The notes under the pieces were generated by a model. It searched no databases. It was given only the letters and a program-made list of their open reading frames with translations, and was not told the DNA's origin. Made by a program: the position numbers and the translations under genes. Below are positions 10,501 to 21,243 of a DNA stretch of 64,000 bases, piece by piece. Numbering within the stretch: the stretch's first letter is position 1; each line of letters begins with the position of its first letter. Location: contig CAVZSV010000004.1 in the NCBI GenBank assembly GCA_963778115.1, forward strand, positions 2,528,001 through 2,592,000. Direction: 5' to 3'. The stretch is from an uncultured delta proteobacterium (GTDB lineage Bacteria; Bdellovibrionota; FAC87; UBA2466).

Positions 10501-13143
10501 GGTACTGAAGGGAAACTGGGTGGTCAGGCGGAGGTGAAGGGGGTTTCGGGAACCTGGAAGGACCTTACCGACAACGTCAACTTCATGGCCAGTAATCTAA
10601 CCACTCAGGTCCGAGGAATTATTAAGGTCGTAACGGCGGTTGCTAACGGCGACTTAAATCAAAAGTTTGTCCTAGAAGCGAAAGGAGAGGTGGCTGCTCT
10701 CGCCGACACTATTAACAGCATGATCGATACGCTGCGCACTTTTGCGGACCAGGTGACTACGGTAGCTCGTGAAGTAGGAAGTGAAGGTAAACTGGGCGCT
10801 CAAGCGCGCGTACCCGGTGTTGCCGGTACTTGGAAAGACCTGACGGATAACGTGAATTTCATGGCCGCTAATCTGACGACACAGGTTCGCGGTATCGTAA
10901 AAGTCGTAACTGCGGTTGCCAATGGTGACCTGAATCAGAAATTTGTCTTGGAAGCCAAAGGGGAAGTCGCGGCACTTGCCGACACTATCAACAGCATGAC
11001 GGATACGCTGCGCATCTTCGCGGACCAGGTAACTACGGTAGCTCGTGAAGTAGGAATTGAAGGAAAACTTGGAGGCCAGGCGAAAGTGCCCGGAGCCGCG
11101 GGGACGTGGAAAGATTTGACCGATAACGTGAACCAACTTGCGGGAAACTTAACTTCTCAGGTTCGCGCCATTGCTGAAGTCTCAACCGCCGTCACTAAAG
11201 GAGACCTGACGCGATCTATTACCGTGGAAGCGCAAGGAGAAGTTGCCGCTCTTAAAGATAATATCAACCAGATGATCGGGAATCTTAAGGACACAACTCA
11301 GAAAAATACCGAGCAAGACTGGTTAAAGACCAACTTGGCCAAGTTTACTGAAATGATGCAGGGGCAAAGAAGCATTTCAGCCGCCGCCCAACTTATTATG
11401 TCGGAGTTGACTCCTCTGGTAGGCGCTCAGCATGGGACCTTCTTTATGGTGGAAGGGCCTGATAAAGCGCTTGGTCTTATAGCAAGCTATGCTTTTTCTA
11501 TGCGCAAGAGTGTCGCCAATAAATATCAATTGAAAGAGGGGTTGGTGGGGCAGTGTGCTTTTGAAAAGAAAAAGATCCTACTGACGAGTGCGCCCCACGA
11601 CTACATCTATATCGCTTCTAGTTTGGGCGAATCAAAACCCTTTAACATTGTTGTTCTGCCTATCCTGTTTGAGGGCGAATTAAAGGCGGTAATTGAGCTG
11701 GCCTCCCTGCACGCGTTTTCCGACAACTATCTTAATTTCCTCGACCAGTTAATGGATAGTTTAGGTGTAATCTTAAACATGATCGCTTCCAGCATGCGCA
11801 CTGAGGAACTGTTGCAGGAGTTAAAGAAATCAAATGCGGAATTGGAAGCCCAAGCCAAAGAGCTGGAAGAAAAAGCTAAACTTCTCGAAGTGAAAAACCA
11901 AGAGGTGGAACTTGCCTCTCTCTCTCTGGAAGAGAAAGCGGAGCAGCTATCACTAATATCCAAGTACAAGTCTGAGTTTCTGGCCAATATGTCACACGAG
12001 TTAAGGACTCCTCTGAACAGCTTGCTCATCCTCTCCAAGATGCTATCTGAGAATAAGGAGCAGAATTTAACCGCGGATCAAGTCAAGTATGCTGCTACTG
12101 TCTATTCCGCGGGATGTGACTTGCTGGCTTTGATCAATGAGATCCTAGACCTCTCCAAAGTGGAAGCCGGCAAGATGCCCATTGATCCTAAAGACATCAG
12201 ACTTAGCGAGGTTCAAGAATATCTCGAACAGACCTTCCGCCCGGTAGCGGAGCATAAGTCTTTAGAATTTAGCATCGAAACGGAAGGCGATGTTCCCAAG
12301 CGGATGTTTACAGATTCAAACCGCTTACACCAAATTCTAAAAAACCTGCTCTCCAATGCCTTTAAGTTTACGGAGACCGGAAGTGTTCGTCTCAAGGTGC
12401 GGGTGGCTCCCGCCGAACGTATGTTCTCGATGGAGACTTTAAACCAGGCTCCGGCTATAAGCTTCTCTGTCCATGATACCGGAATAGGAATACCGGCGGA
12501 TAAACAAAAGTTGATCTTTGAAGCTTTCCAACAGGCGGACGGGACAACGAATCGCAAATACGGCGGTACGGGTCTTGGATTAACGATCAGCCGAGAGATC
12601 GCTAGGCTACTTGGAGGAATCATTGAAGTGGAAAGCACTCCCGGCCAGGGGAGTGTATTCACTCTGTACCTGCCGCAGAACTATATCGGTGCCGATAGCG
12701 TCGGTCAGCGAGAGGCTATTTCAGAGCCCCCGACCAATTTACCTCCCCTTCCTCCGGACGCCGACTTCTCTGGGAAGCGGATTCTCATCGTTGATGACGA
12801 TATGAGAAATATCTTTGCCATCACAAGTGTCCTTGAAGCTAGGGGCATGGAGGTCATGAAAGCGGAAAATGGTAGAGTGGCCCTGCAATTGCTAGAACAG
12901 GATTCCAACATTGATCTTGTCTTGATGGACACTATGATGCCCGAGATGGACGGAATACAGGCTACCCAGCTCATTCGAAATATGCCAACCTTCTCTAAAT
13001 TACCCATTATCTCTTTAACGGCGAAAGCAATGAAAGGAGATAGAGAGAAATGTCTCCAAGCAGGCTCATCCGATTACATCACCAAACCGGTCGATGCGGA
13101 AAGCCTCCTGTCTCTCATTAATATTTGGTTAAACAAAGAGTAG
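7567..13143 (+). CDS. poly-HAMP hybrid histidine kinase (HAMP array-GAF-HisKA-HATPase-REC; fungal Nik1/group III-like architecture)
   Basis: 11 copies of WKDLTDNVN plus one degenerate 92-aa unit; [32 protein letters not shown]-terminal receiver [11 protein letters not shown]. Confidence 0.96.
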   Translation: MGSTVTTKRTSAGAPANGGDKSSLSLPPVSRHSKSPTTQTISRKNRMDQELASHAAAVAAASRSVAPFGTAVPPLLANPPLEVRSEKVQLRDLLQTVKSVRRGDFSVRCPIGVEGIISEISEVMNDIIELNENMASEFVRVSKIVGQEGKMTERASMGSVKGAWATSVDSVNSLIGDLVQPTNEVARVITSVAKGDLSQKMSLEIDGRPVKGEFFRIGTTVNAMVDQLNSFASEVTRVAKEVGTEGKLGGQADVKGVSGTWKDLTDNVNHLAGNLTAQVRNIAKVTTAVAKGDLSQKITVDAKGEVYELKNTINVMVDQLSSFAAEVTRVAKEVGTEGRLGGQAHVKGVSGTWKDLTDNVNGLANNLTDQVRNIAKVTTAVANGDLSQKITVDARGEILELKNTINVMVDQLRSFAAEVTRVAKEVGTEGKLGGQADVKGVSGTWKDLTDNVNGLANNLTAQVRNIAKVTTAVANGDLSQKITVDARGEILELKDTINTMVDTLRSFAAEVTRVAKEVGTEGKLGGQADVKGVSGTWKDLTDNVNAMAANLTVQLRDVSKVATAIANGDLSQKITVEVKGEILQIKDVINKMVDQLSTFAAEVTRVAKEVGTEGRLGGQADVKGVSGTWKDLTDNVNQLAGNLTSQVRNIAKVTTAVAKGDLSQKITVDARGEIFELKNTINVMVDQLNSFAAEVTRVAKEVGTEGKLGGQADVKGVSGTWKDLTDNVNQLAGNLTSQVRNIAKVTTAVAKGDLSQKITVDARGEIFELKNTINVMVDQLNSFAAEVTRVAKEVGTEGKLGGQADVKGVSGTWKDLTDNVNQLAGNLTSQVRNIAKVTTAVAKGDLSQKITVDARGEILELKDTINTMVDTLRSFAAEVTRVAKEVGTEGKLGGQADVKGVSGTWKDLTDNVNAMASNLTVQLRDVSKVATAIANGDLGQKITVDVKGEILQIKDVINKMVDQLNSFASEVTRVAKEVGTEGKLGGQAEVKGVSGTWKDLTDNVNFMASNLTTQVRGIIKVVTAVANGDLNQKFVLEAKGEVAALADTINSMIDTLRTFADQVTTVAREVGSEGKLGAQARVPGVAGTWKDLTDNVNFMAANLTTQVRGIVKVVTAVANGDLNQKFVLEAKGEVAALADTINSMTDTLRIFADQVTTVAREVGIEGKLGGQAKVPGAAGTWKDLTDNVNQLAGNLTSQVRAIAEVSTAVTKGDLTRSITVEAQGEVAALKDNINQMIGNLKDTTQKNTEQDWLKTNLAKFTEMMQGQRSISAAAQLIMSELTPLVGAQHGTFFMVEGPDKALGLIASYAFSMRKSVANKYQLKEGLVGQCAFEKKKILLTSAPHDYIYIASSLGESKPFNIVVLPILFEGELKAVIELASLHAFSDNYLNFLDQLMDSLGVILNMIASSMRTEELLQELKKSNAELEAQAKELEEKAKLLEVKNQEVELASLSLEEKAEQLSLISKYKSEFLANMSHELRTPLNSLLILSKMLSENKEQNLTADQVKYAATVYSAGCDLLALINEILDLSKVEAGKMPIDPKDIRLSEVQEYLEQTFRPVAEHKSLEFSIETEGDVPKRMFTDSNRLHQILKNLLSNAFKFTETGSVRLKVRVAPAERMFSMETLNQAPAISFSVHDTGIGIPADKQKLIFEAFQQADGTTNRKYGGTGLGLTISREIARLLGGIIEVESTPGQGSVFTLYLPQNYIGADSVGQREAISEPPTNLPPLPPDADFSGKRILIVDDDMRNIFAITSVLEARGMEVMKAENGRVALQLLEQDSNIDLVLMDTMMPEMDGIQATQLIRNMPTFSKLPIISLTAKAMKGDREKCLQAGSSDYITKPVDAESLLSLINIWLNKE
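9421..10290 (+). repeat. near-identical 276-bp tandem repeats within the HAMP array
   Basis: Units start at 9421, 9697, 9973 and 10249 and are almost identical, including at synonymous sites. Confidence 0.9.
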
Positions 13144-13155
13144 ATTGGGGCATCC

Positions 13156-14718
13156 ATGGACGAAGAATGTATTGAGAACAAAATCAATATTTTGTTAGTG
13201 GACGATCGTCCGGATGGTCTCGTGGCTTTAGAAGCGGTACTTAAATCACCGAGATATAAAACTTTCTTGGCGAGTTCGGGGATGGAAGCACTAGGAATTG
13301 TCTTCGATCACGATTTTGCGGCTATCGTCATGGACGTTCAGATGCCGGGGATGGACGGCTTTGAAACTGGGCAGATTATTCGTCAAAGAGAACGCTCTAG
13401 AAAAACCCCCATTCTATTTGTGACTGCTATCAATAAAACTCCTCATCATATAAGTCGGGGTTATGAATTGGGAGGCGTGGATTACATCTTTAAGCCATTT
13501 GATCCTTCCATCCTTCAGGCAAAGGTTTCTGTCTTTGCCGATTTGTATGAGACGCATCGCGAGCTGTTACAGAAAAGCGAAAAACTTAAGAAGTCAGAGG
13601 AACGCAATCGTCTGCTTTTGGATACGGCAAACGATATCATTGCGACTTGTGATCTAAACGGTAGCATAACCTCGCTCAGTCCGGCTTTTGAAGTGATTCT
13701 AGGGAAGAAGCGAGACGACTGGATGGAAAAATCTATTTCACTCCTGGTTCATCCGCAAGATGTGTCTTCGGTGGAGAAGATTTTCGAAAGTTCTCGTAAG
13801 CATTCCGAAGCCTATTTAGGCGAGGCTCGCTTCAAGACGAACTTCGGTGATGATGTTGTCTTGGAATATTCCGTAAAGCCTTTGGTGGAATGTGGGGCTG
13901 TTACTGGGACTCTGACCGTCGCGCGCGATATTTCCGAGCGGGTTCGAGCGGAAAAGGAGAGAAGACAGAGATACGAATTAGAGAGAGTTAATAAAGAGCT
14001 AGAGCAGTTTGCCTATATTTGTTCTCATGATCTACAAGAGCCACTACGGACGATGGGCACTTGTACTCAGCTTCTCGAACGAAGAATGAAGGACCGGTTG
14101 GGAAGCCAAGAGACCGAATTATTGACCTACATTACTGACGGCGCAAAACGAATGTCGCGACTGGTGGGCGATATTTTGGATTTTTCGAGGTTCGGTTCCA
14201 ATGTCGTGCTTGAGCCCGTCGCGACCGATGCCGCCTACTTGGAAGCGGTAGATATTTTGAACGCGCGACTGGTGGAAAGTAAGACCACGCTAGAGGTTTC
14301 AGATCTTCCTAAGGTGAGTGGAGTTTACTCCGAACTGGTCAGGCTCTTTCAAAACTTGATTGCCAATGCCATTAAGTTCAAATCCGCACTTCCTCTTAAG
14401 ATCAGTATTTCCGCAACGATCCAAGAGGGAGAATGGGTCTTTGCTGTAAAGGACAACGGCATAGGATTCAAGATGGAGTATGCGCAACAGATCTTTCAAA
14501 TCTTCAAGCGGCTTCATACTGGCGAGAAATATGCGGGGACGGGTATGGGTCTTGCTATCTGTAAGAAAATCGTCGAACGGCATGGGGGACGTATTTGGGC
14601 CGAGTCTTCTCCCTCTCAAGGGGCTACCTTTTTCTTCACCATTCCTGTAGCGGAACGTAAGACTTCCACCGCTAACCGGGGATTTTCGGAAGCGGTTGGG
14701 ATTGCTACGGGCAGTTAA
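13156..14718 (+). CDS. REC-PAS-histidine kinase
   Basis: N-terminal receiver (MDVQMPGMDG), PAS (HPQD), SHDLQEPLR, NLIANAIKF, GTGMGL. Confidence 0.95.
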   Translation: MDEECIENKINILLVDDRPDGLVALEAVLKSPRYKTFLASSGMEALGIVFDHDFAAIVMDVQMPGMDGFETGQIIRQRERSRKTPILFVTAINKTPHHISRGYELGGVDYIFKPFDPSILQAKVSVFADLYETHRELLQKSEKLKKSEERNRLLLDTANDIIATCDLNGSITSLSPAFEVILGKKRDDWMEKSISLLVHPQDVSSVEKIFESSRKHSEAYLGEARFKTNFGDDVVLEYSVKPLVECGAVTGTLTVARDISERVRAEKERRQRYELERVNKELEQFAYICSHDLQEPLRTMGTCTQLLERRMKDRLGSQETELLTYITDGAKRMSRLVGDILDFSRFGSNVVLEPVATDAAYLEAVDILNARLVESKTTLEVSDLPKVSGVYSELVRLFQNLIANAIKFKSALPLKISISATIQEGEWVFAVKDNGIGFKMEYAQQIFQIFKRLHTGEKYAGTGMGLAICKKIVERHGGRIWAESSPSQGATFFFTIPVAERKTSTANRGFSEAVGIATGS

Positions 14719-15901
14719 CCGATGCTGGAGTCGTGGACTGGAGTGCTTGGGTCGCGGTCGTGTTAATCGTTTGAAAACCTAGGATGCTTGAATCGGTGGC
14801 ATCTATTTGCCAGACTTCAATAAAACGGGGCTGATAAGATAGGGCGATGGTCTCGGCATTTTGTAAAGTGCTACTAGCAGGACACGGGGAAAAGCCGTTC
14901 TCTCTACAGTTGTTTGACGTATCGTCTGCGGCCGAAGAAGCAAATTGAATACCTATCTGTGGCGCATAGTCCGCGATGAGCGTGAAGATATAGCTTGAGG
15001 TCCCGGGAGTCGCCGTTAGTGCCTGACAGGCGGTGGGGGAGTTTCCATGCAAGAAATTAATTTGGGCGAAGAACCTTTTCCCAAAAGTTTCTGAGGAGTA
15101 GGCGTAACTTAAGATGTCTTGGGCAAGCTGGGTTGAAGTTCCGTCGAGTGTCGCGTCCGTGACTTGAATGGGGAGTTTAATGGCTTGATTGGGAAAGGCC
15201 GTCGCTGTGGTAGTCAAGATGTCTTCTCCGATTTGCAGCATGAGAGCATGGGTATATCCGATGGACTGCCAGGCGGTGTCGTTGCTGTAAGACACATTAT
15301 TGCAGGTTCCGCTAGAGTGAGGAACATTCCAATCATCGGTTTCAAAATTAGCAAAGGATCCCACCACCGCGATCACAGCGGGGTTATTAGCGAAGTGGGC
15401 TCCGGCGGCTTCAATCATTTTCTTTTTTTGCGCGTGGTAGAACGGATCAAAAAAGGCGGGAGCGTTGACAGCGGCGCAAGTAGTTCCGCTTGTGTAGTAG
15501 GAGTTAAAATTCTGACTGGCGCCGTTGACCACATACGTGGGAGCCGTGAGAGGAGAAGCGGTAATTTTTAGAGCCACTTTTAGGCCTTGGGCGCTAAGGG
15601 AAGCGATCTCAGTATCCATTTGATTTCCAGTGGTGTCCCATAGGTAACTGGGATGGTTGGCGTCAGTGCTCAGGTCGACCTGATTCCAGTTCCAATTTAA
15701 GAACATTCCTACGACCCCAGCAGACTGAGAAAGAGAGGAAGCCGCAAAGGAGGTTCCTGGTCCAAGTCCATAGACTCCAGCGGGATAGGCAAAAACTCCG
15801 CTCGCCTCATTCGTCGGTGAAGAAGTTTTCGAACAGGAGATCGCTAAAACACAAGCAAACCAAATAAGGAGATTATGAAAGGGGGGATTGCGAAATCGCA
15901 T
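14705..15901 (-). CDS. lipoprotein, probable TIM-barrel glycoside-hydrolase-like protein
   Basis: Lipobox LAISC; W..VD...Y.W and P.FFDP.Y pattern resembles beta-galactosidase/agarase-like barrels. Confidence 0.55.
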   Translation of the reverse strand: MRFRNPPFHNLLIWFACVLAISCSKTSSPTNEASGVFAYPAGVYGLGPGTSFAASSLSQSAGVVGMFLNWNWNQVDLSTDANHPSYLWDTTGNQMDTEIASLSAQGLKVALKITASPLTAPTYVVNGASQNFNSYYTSGTTCAAVNAPAFFDPFYHAQKKKMIEAAGAHFANNPAVIAVVGSFANFETDDWNVPHSSGTCNNVSYSNDTAWQSIGYTHALMLQIGEDILTTTATAFPNQAIKLPIQVTDATLDGTSTQLAQDILSYAYSSETFGKRFFAQINFLHGNSPTACQALTATPGTSSYIFTLIADYAPQIGIQFASSAADDTSNNCRENGFSPCPASSTLQNAETIALSYQPRFIEVWQIDATDSSILGFQTINTTATQALQSTTPASVNCP

Positions 15902-15916
15902 TAGGCTATAAGAACG

Positions 15917-15933
15917 AGCAAGTACCGTACCAG
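15917..15933 (-). promoter_or_regulatory. sigma-54 promoter candidate
   Basis: minus strand CTGGTACGGTACTTGCT. Confidence 0.6.
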
Positions 15934-16085
15934 ACGAGAAGACTAGCCCCTAGCCTGGGCCTACTGCGCTGCTGTGGTGCCTGTGGACATACCAGAAACA
16001 GGATGTAGCAAAGCCTGGAGAAGGTGAGGAAAATAGAGGTGTTTAACTCTAAGACAACTTTGGATAGGACTCGTACAACATTATG

Positions 16086-16116
16086 AAAAAAAAGCCGCTT
16101 CCTTTACGGAAGCGGC
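16086..16116 (-). terminator. rho-independent terminator after the Spy/CpxP gene
   Basis: minus strand GCCGCTTCC-GTAAA-GGAAGCGGC-T8. Confidence 0.85.
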
Positions 16117-16137
16117 CTGCTTTCTTGTGAAGATACG

Positions 16138-16677
16138 CTATTCCATATCCTCGTCGTCCAGCATCGAGACCTCTTCATGTTGAGGTCCTGCGTCGGATCC
16201 TTCTTCCATTCCCATGCGATGATCCGACCCGTGGCCGAATTGAGGCGGTCGATGGCCATGCCAGTGGTGGCATTTTTCCGCTTCTTGACGTTGTTCGGCG
16301 GTTAGCACCTTGAAAGCCATTTCCGCTTTAAACGCCTCTTTCGAAGCGATTAACTTGGAAAGGTTATTTGCGACTTCTTTTGCCGCAGATTTGGCAGCAC
16401 TGTAGTCGCCGCTAGGATCGGTTAACAATTTCTTGAAGGCCAGACGAGAGTGTTTGAGTTGGGCTTCTAAATCGATCTTCGATTCTTCAAATTTGAATCT
16501 CTCCGCTCTCATTTTGGTTTTCTGCTCGTCGGTTAAATTAAGCTTACACCAAGCTCCATGGAGGTGTTCGCCCCCGGCGCGTCCAGCATCCAATTTTCCC
16601 GCAAGCTCCACGTCATCCGCGAAGCAATGAGCGCTGGCGAATGCCACCGCGAATAGTACGAGTAATGTCTTCTTCAT
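16138..16677 (-). CDS. Spy/CpxP family periplasmic protein
   Basis: Two LTxxQ motifs (LNLTDEQ, VLTAEQR); signal peptide. Confidence 0.88.
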   Translation of the reverse strand: MKKTLLVLFAVAFASAHCFADDVELAGKLDAGRAGGEHLHGAWCKLNLTDEQKTKMRAERFKFEESKIDLEAQLKHSRLAFKKLLTDPSGDYSAAKSAAKEVANNLSKLIASKEAFKAEMAFKVLTAEQRQEAEKCHHWHGHRPPQFGHGSDHRMGMEEGSDAGPQHEEVSMLDDEDME

Positions 16678-16870
16678 AATTGAACTCCTTCCGTCATAAT
16701 TGACGTCACAAGAACAAGATTACCGAAGGACTATAGAAAAGTTGTGGAGCCCGGAAGTACGTTAGGTATCAATACTTTATGTCTTTCTCTTTTAGACACC
16801 CCTAAACTTGAAGAACCGGCTTGTTGCGGGTAAGAATGGCTTCACATTTATCTGTCAGAAGGAGCCTTGG

Positions 16871-17314
16871 ATGTCTTTGATTACTCGGACCACATTAACC
16901 CATTCGTTTCTGGCGCTATGCGTGATTGCTGTCTTTTCCGGGAAAAGCTTTGCCAAGGACGCTCCTCTGCACTGGTACAGCATCGGAACAGATTTCGTGA
17001 AGAATAATTGGTACACCGGTAGTTCAACTCTAGATGACAAGCAGATGTTTAAAGCTCTTCAAAGTAGCACTGCCATTCGGTTAGATAATTTGAGAGGAAA
17101 GAAAAACGACAAATCTCCGTGGGAGAAATCGTCTAATGATTTGCGCCAAGGCGTTATGTTGCTAAGTACCAAACACATTGTGGCAATTTCAGTGTTAACC
17201 GGAGATCCTCTCATTGTGGCGCCAGCCACTGTGGCTAGCGAAGGATCCGAACCCAAGAACAACGAAAATCCTTTTGAGCCCCCAGCGGAAGAACCGATTA
17301 AAGCCAATAAATAG
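16871..17314 (+). CDS. hypothetical secreted protein
   Basis: AAGGAG RBS, signal peptide ending SFA. Confidence 0.6.
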   Translation: MSLITRTTLTHSFLALCVIAVFSGKSFAKDAPLHWYSIGTDFVKNNWYTGSSTLDDKQMFKALQSSTAIRLDNLRGKKNDKSPWEKSSNDLRQGVMLLSTKHIVAISVLTGDPLIVAPATVASEGSEPKNNENPFEPPAEEPIKANK

Positions 17315-17332
17315 TTTTTCTTAAAGCCAACT

Positions 17333-18100
17333 TTAGTAGAAAGGGGCGTAGCCCCAGTACTCCACATTTTGCCAGTAGTGGTAATAGTAGTAGGGATACC
17401 AGCGATAGTAAGCGGCCATCCCTTCGTAAGGATCTTGTCCGGTAGGTCGCATGGGAGGAGCGAAAACCTTTTTCTCCAAAAGCAGCTTCTTAAGGGTTTC
17501 TTCCTCGTCTTGAGCTCTTTTAATGTAATCCTTCTCCTCATCGCTCATCACATGGGTGAGCTGCTCTAACATGGCTTCGCTGCCGGAGTTCAGTAAGGGA
17601 TTATTATGAATCTCACTAGCTCCAATTTGGTAGAGGCTATCCGCAAAAACAAATTCGAGGGAAAGGTTACCCTCCATCAATAGCTTTCCTACGGATCCTA
17701 GCTTCGGCAGATTAATTAACTTTAAGCGCCGGGTTCTGAAAGCGAGCACGTTGTTCACGGATCCTAATTCGCCCAGCTCGACTAGCTGAAGATTGCCGCC
17801 ACTCACGTAAAGCGAGGAGACTTTTTCTAACACGGGTAGTCCAACAGCTTGTAAATCGTGGGACTCGATATTGATAATTTTGGCCCTTTTAAGTTTGGGA
17901 AGTGTTATCTGAACCACCCCATCGACAAAAATTCCCAGATTTCCCGTTATCTCGCAGACATTTTGAAAATTGTCCACGTCCTGCTGGGTGGAAAGGCGAA
18001 CACTGTCGTCGAGAGTAGCGCAATCCTCCCCCCACCCGGTGATCCCGATTATGGCGATGGCAAATAGCGATATCGATTTTAGAAAAGTGGCTCTAAACAT
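17333..18100 (-). CDS. secreted receptor-L-domain/leucine-rich-repeat-like protein
   Basis: C..ITGNL and repeated LPxLxxV units; aromatic-rich C-terminus. Confidence 0.6.
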   Translation of the reverse strand: MFRATFLKSISLFAIAIIGITGWGEDCATLDDSVRLSTQQDVDNFQNVCEITGNLGIFVDGVVQITLPKLKRAKIINIESHDLQAVGLPVLEKVSSLYVSGGNLQLVELGELGSVNNVLAFRTRRLKLINLPKLGSVGKLLMEGNLSLEFVFADSLYQIGASEIHNNPLLNSGSEAMLEQLTHVMSDEEKDYIKRAQDEEETLKKLLLEKKVFAPPMRPTGQDPYEGMAAYYRWYPYYYYHYWQNVEYWGYAPFY

Positions 18101-18165
18101 GATTCCCCCAGACCCAAGTGAATGATCTCACTTCAACCAAGAGAGACTAATCCTGGCAAGAGATA

Positions 18166-19791
18166 TTATGGTCGCAGAAGCTTATGGCCAGCGGGCTTTG
18201 TCGAAGCATAGATAAGATGGGTGACGATAGGGGGCTTATCTCCGATATGGAACGCATCCACACTGGCCAAGAGATCGCGATCGCTTCGAGTAATTCTTGC
18301 ATGTTGTCTTAGGTGTTCTCCCCAAGATTCAACGGCAAAGATTTCGATGTATCGACCCGCCACCTCTACGTCGTGATAAAGCTCCCAGCGAATCGCTCCG
18401 TCACGCCGACGGATTTGATGCGCTAGTTGGGCGGCTCTCTTAAACTCCTCTACTTTGGAAGGGTCTATCAAGTACTCGATCTCGACTAGTACCGGCCCCT
18501 CATCGGGGTGCATTTTCCAGTTAGCCATAGATTCAGGCCATTGAGCGCTTGGGGTGAGATCAAAGGAGTGTACTTTGGCCAAAGGCCAGCGAAAGACAGC
18601 GGCGATGCTAAGAAACAGCCCGACACCGGCAGCCGCCAAAGCGGTGCTGTGAGAAGTGTGGGTCGCTACGACTCCCCACGTGGTACTTCCAATAGCAAGG
18701 CCGCCTTGAGTGGTCAGGGCATAAAGCGCGAGGGCTCGGGCTTGAACCCAAACGGGAGCTACCGATTGGGTAGCGACGTTAATTCCCACGATGGCGACCA
18801 ACCAAGAGCATCCGGCGAGCACCATCATGAAGCAAAGAAACAGAAGATTATGGACGAAGGCCAGGGCAAAGGTGGCAGCACCAAAGACGATGCTAGCGTA
18901 AATAAGCCTGCGATCTAATGAGAACCGGTTGGTGAGTCGGGGTAGCATCATCGCCCCGAAAAGAGATCCAGCACCCAAACACCCGAGCAGTAATCCGTAT
19001 CCCTCCGATCCCATGTCGAGGTCCTCTTTTACCACGATAGGAAGTAGCGCCCAGATAGCGCTGGAAAAAAGGGTGAAGCCCACGGCGCGCACCAAAATGG
19101 CCTGTAAAACTGGGGCATGACTCACATAACGAAGCCCGGCTCTCACGGCTCCAATCAGACGCTCAGCGGGCAAGGCACTTTCGCTAGGCTGTCGCTTCCA
19201 GCGGTAGATAACGATGATGACACCCAGAAAGGATAAGGCATTTAGAAAAAAGTTAGCAGCCGTCCCCATGGCGGCGACTGCCAAGCCTCCCAAAGAAGGT
19301 CCGATCACACGCGCGATGTTATAACCGACACCGTTTAAAGCCACGGCTTCGCTTAATTGCTCTCGACTGGCGATCTCGGGAACCGCCGCTTGCCAGACTG
19401 GAGCGTTCATGGCGTTTCCAATGCCCAAAAAGAAAGTAAGACCGAGTAAAAGAAACGGTGTCGTCATGCCATAGAGGGTGAGAACGCCCAAGAGCAGGGC
19501 CGCCACTAGCATCCACACCTGGGCGATGATAAGCATCCGGCGCCTATCGACGATATCCGCCAAAGCTCCCGCCGGCATGGCGAAGAGAAAGACCGGTAAA
19601 CTGGTAGCGACTTGCATTAGGGCGATGAGCAGGGGAGAGGTGGTCAGATTGGTCATTAGCCAGACCCCTCCGACGTTTTGCATCCAAGTGCCTATATTAG
19701 AAACGACAGAGGCCAGCCAAAGCGACCGGAACAAGGGCTGCAGTAACGGCCCCCATGCCGATTTCACTTTGGTATTTGTTCCGTGCGCCAA
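18166..19791 (-). CDS. MFS transporter (MFS_3-type with C-terminal soluble domain)
   Basis: About 12 TM segments, GALADIVDRR motif A, C-terminal RRRDGA..W...ESW.EHLRQH domain. Confidence 0.93.
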   Translation of the reverse strand: MAHGTNTKVKSAWGPLLQPLFRSLWLASVVSNIGTWMQNVGGVWLMTNLTTSPLLIALMQVATSLPVFLFAMPAGALADIVDRRRMLIIAQVWMLVAALLLGVLTLYGMTTPFLLLGLTFFLGIGNAMNAPVWQAAVPEIASREQLSEAVALNGVGYNIARVIGPSLGGLAVAAMGTAANFFLNALSFLGVIIVIYRWKRQPSESALPAERLIGAVRAGLRYVSHAPVLQAILVRAVGFTLFSSAIWALLPIVVKEDLDMGSEGYGLLLGCLGAGSLFGAMMLPRLTNRFSLDRRLIYASIVFGAATFALAFVHNLLFLCFMMVLAGCSWLVAIVGINVATQSVAPVWVQARALALYALTTQGGLAIGSTTWGVVATHTSHSTALAAAGVGLFLSIAAVFRWPLAKVHSFDLTPSAQWPESMANWKMHPDEGPVLVEIEYLIDPSKVEEFKRAAQLAHQIRRRDGAIRWELYHDVEVAGRYIEIFAVESWGEHLRQHARITRSDRDLLASVDAFHIGDKPPIVTHLIYASTKPAGHKLLRP

Positions 19792-19934
19792 AAAACCTCC
19801 TTTCTTTTATATATCGGAGAGCTTGGACGCGGTACATACGAGATTGGGGGGGAGTAAGAGGGCACTTTGCGAAACAAATTTTCCTGTTGGGCAAGAGCCA
19901 GGGCGATGGTATCTTTCCTGCCGGCTTTGTTATG

Positions 19935-20182
19935 AATAAGGGCGCCTAGCTCAGTTGGCCGGAGGTAGGCGAAGCCTAGCGACAAGTGAGAGGTGTGAAG
20001 CGCCATGTCTCACGGTAGGAAGCGTTTTCGAGGTTATGGATTTTTTAATAAGGGCGCCTAGCTCAGTTGGCCGGAGGTAGGCGAAGCCTAGCGACAAGTG
20101 AGAGGTGTGAAGCGCCATGTCTCACGGTAGGAAGCGTTTTCGAGGTTATGGATTTTTTAATAAGGGCGCCTAGCTCAGTTGG
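19935..20182 (+). repeat. 112-bp tandem repeat carrying the 5' end of tRNA-Val
   Basis: GGGCGCCTAGCTCAGTTGG occurs at 19940, 20052 and 20164; two identical full units precede the real tRNA. Confidence 0.93.
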
Positions 20183-20240
20183 TTAGAGCGCTGCCTTCAC
20201 ACGGCAGAGGTCACAGGTTCGAGCCCTGTGGCGCCTACCA
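20164..20240 (+). tRNA. tRNA-Val (CAC)
   Basis: GGGCGCC/GGCGCCT-ACCA acceptor, anticodon arm CTGCC-TT-CAC-AC-GGCAG, GGTTCGAGCC T-arm. Confidence 0.97.
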
Positions 20241-20300
20241 TAGTTCTATTAAGATTACTCTCAACCCTAACCTTAACCTAAGTCGACAAGCAGTCATGTC

Positions 20301-20331
20301 CTACAAAAAGGTAGGCCGTACCTTCCTGTAG
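20301..20331. repeat. imperfect palindrome, copy 1 (copy 2 at 21244-21273)
   Basis: CTACAAAAAGGTAGGCCGTACCTTC vs CTACAAGAAGGTAGGCCGTACCTTC, 24/25 identical. Confidence 0.75.
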
Positions 20332-21201
20332 TCACGGATCGGCTTTATTGAGAAGAGCGACGATTTCCAGGCAACTCAGATTTGGATTTTCCTCGATGGC
20401 CCTTGCGATGCGCGGGCAATCTCTTACGATAAGACGGTCGATCGAGACTGACATTCTTAAGAAGGTCGCAAGATAATTTCGGGAGGTCGGCGTTACTAGT
20501 TCCATCGGGATGGGTGCTCCCTCCAGAAAAAGATTTCCTTCCAGCAAAGCCAAACCCATCTGAGCTCCATTGACGGCGCTGTCTGAATGGGAAGCGACTC
20601 CAATCTGAATGCCGTTTTCCTGTAAGATTTCAACCACGGGGTGAAGGCAAGTAAAGCAGGCACCTCCTCGGCGAGCCAAAATACTTTGTTCGATTCCCGA
20701 GCGAACTCGCTCAGGCAGTTTCAGTTTGAAAATTACGCCCTGAGCGGAAAAGTGGATCAGGCGTTCTCGGTAATCGAGAATCGAAATTTCTCCTGCCTTA
20801 ACTTCGTCTTTATCAGGCGGCATGACTCCCGGCTCTAGCCGGGTTCTTCCAGCGACCATCCAAAAGTGATACTGGGGGGCTCCCTTTTTCGCTTCGCCAG
20901 GGCTGGTATTGCCCACGTAGATGGCTTCGGGATCGTAAAAGCTATATCTCTCGGGGGTAATACTAAACTCATGTTCCGCGTTCGGATCGTAGGGGGCGTC
21001 TTTAATAGTCGCGGGAATTTCGTAAAAGTTCTGAGAGTAAGGGACTATCGAAACAGCACCTTCCTCCCAATTTTGCTTAAGTTTACGGAGTTTTAGCAAT
21101 CGACGGGCCTGCTCGGATCCTGAAGGAGCTGAATAGGCTAGAGATAAGGCGTAGCTAGAAGCCAATATCACGGCTAGCAAGTTTATCCTGAAACGGGCCA
21201 T
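20332..21201 (-). CDS. hypothetical secreted protein
   Basis: Signal peptide; long ORF; no family recognised. Confidence 0.7.
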   Translation of the reverse strand: MARFRINLLAVILASSYALSLAYSAPSGSEQARRLLKLRKLKQNWEEGAVSIVPYSQNFYEIPATIKDAPYDPNAEHEFSITPERYSFYDPEAIYVGNTSPGEAKKGAPQYHFWMVAGRTRLEPGVMPPDKDEVKAGEISILDYRERLIHFSAQGVIFKLKLPERVRSGIEQSILARRGGACFTCLHPVVEILQENGIQIGVASHSDSAVNGAQMGLALLEGNLFLEGAPIPMELVTPTSRNYLATFLRMSVSIDRLIVRDCPRIARAIEENPNLSCLEIVALLNKADP

Positions 21202-21243
21202 CAAAAGTTCATAGCACAAAAATGATAAAATACGGGGATGAAG

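Noticed and set aside
7830..11136. Multiple repeated minus-strand ORFs
   Set aside because: They are shadows of the HAMP repeats.
19935..20182. CRISPR array
   Set aside because: The intervening sequences are identical, the repeat is the tRNA 5' end, and there are no cas genes.
20620..20665. Heme-binding motif in the 20332 ORF (CFTCLH)
   Set aside because: The spacing is CxxCxH, not CxxCH.
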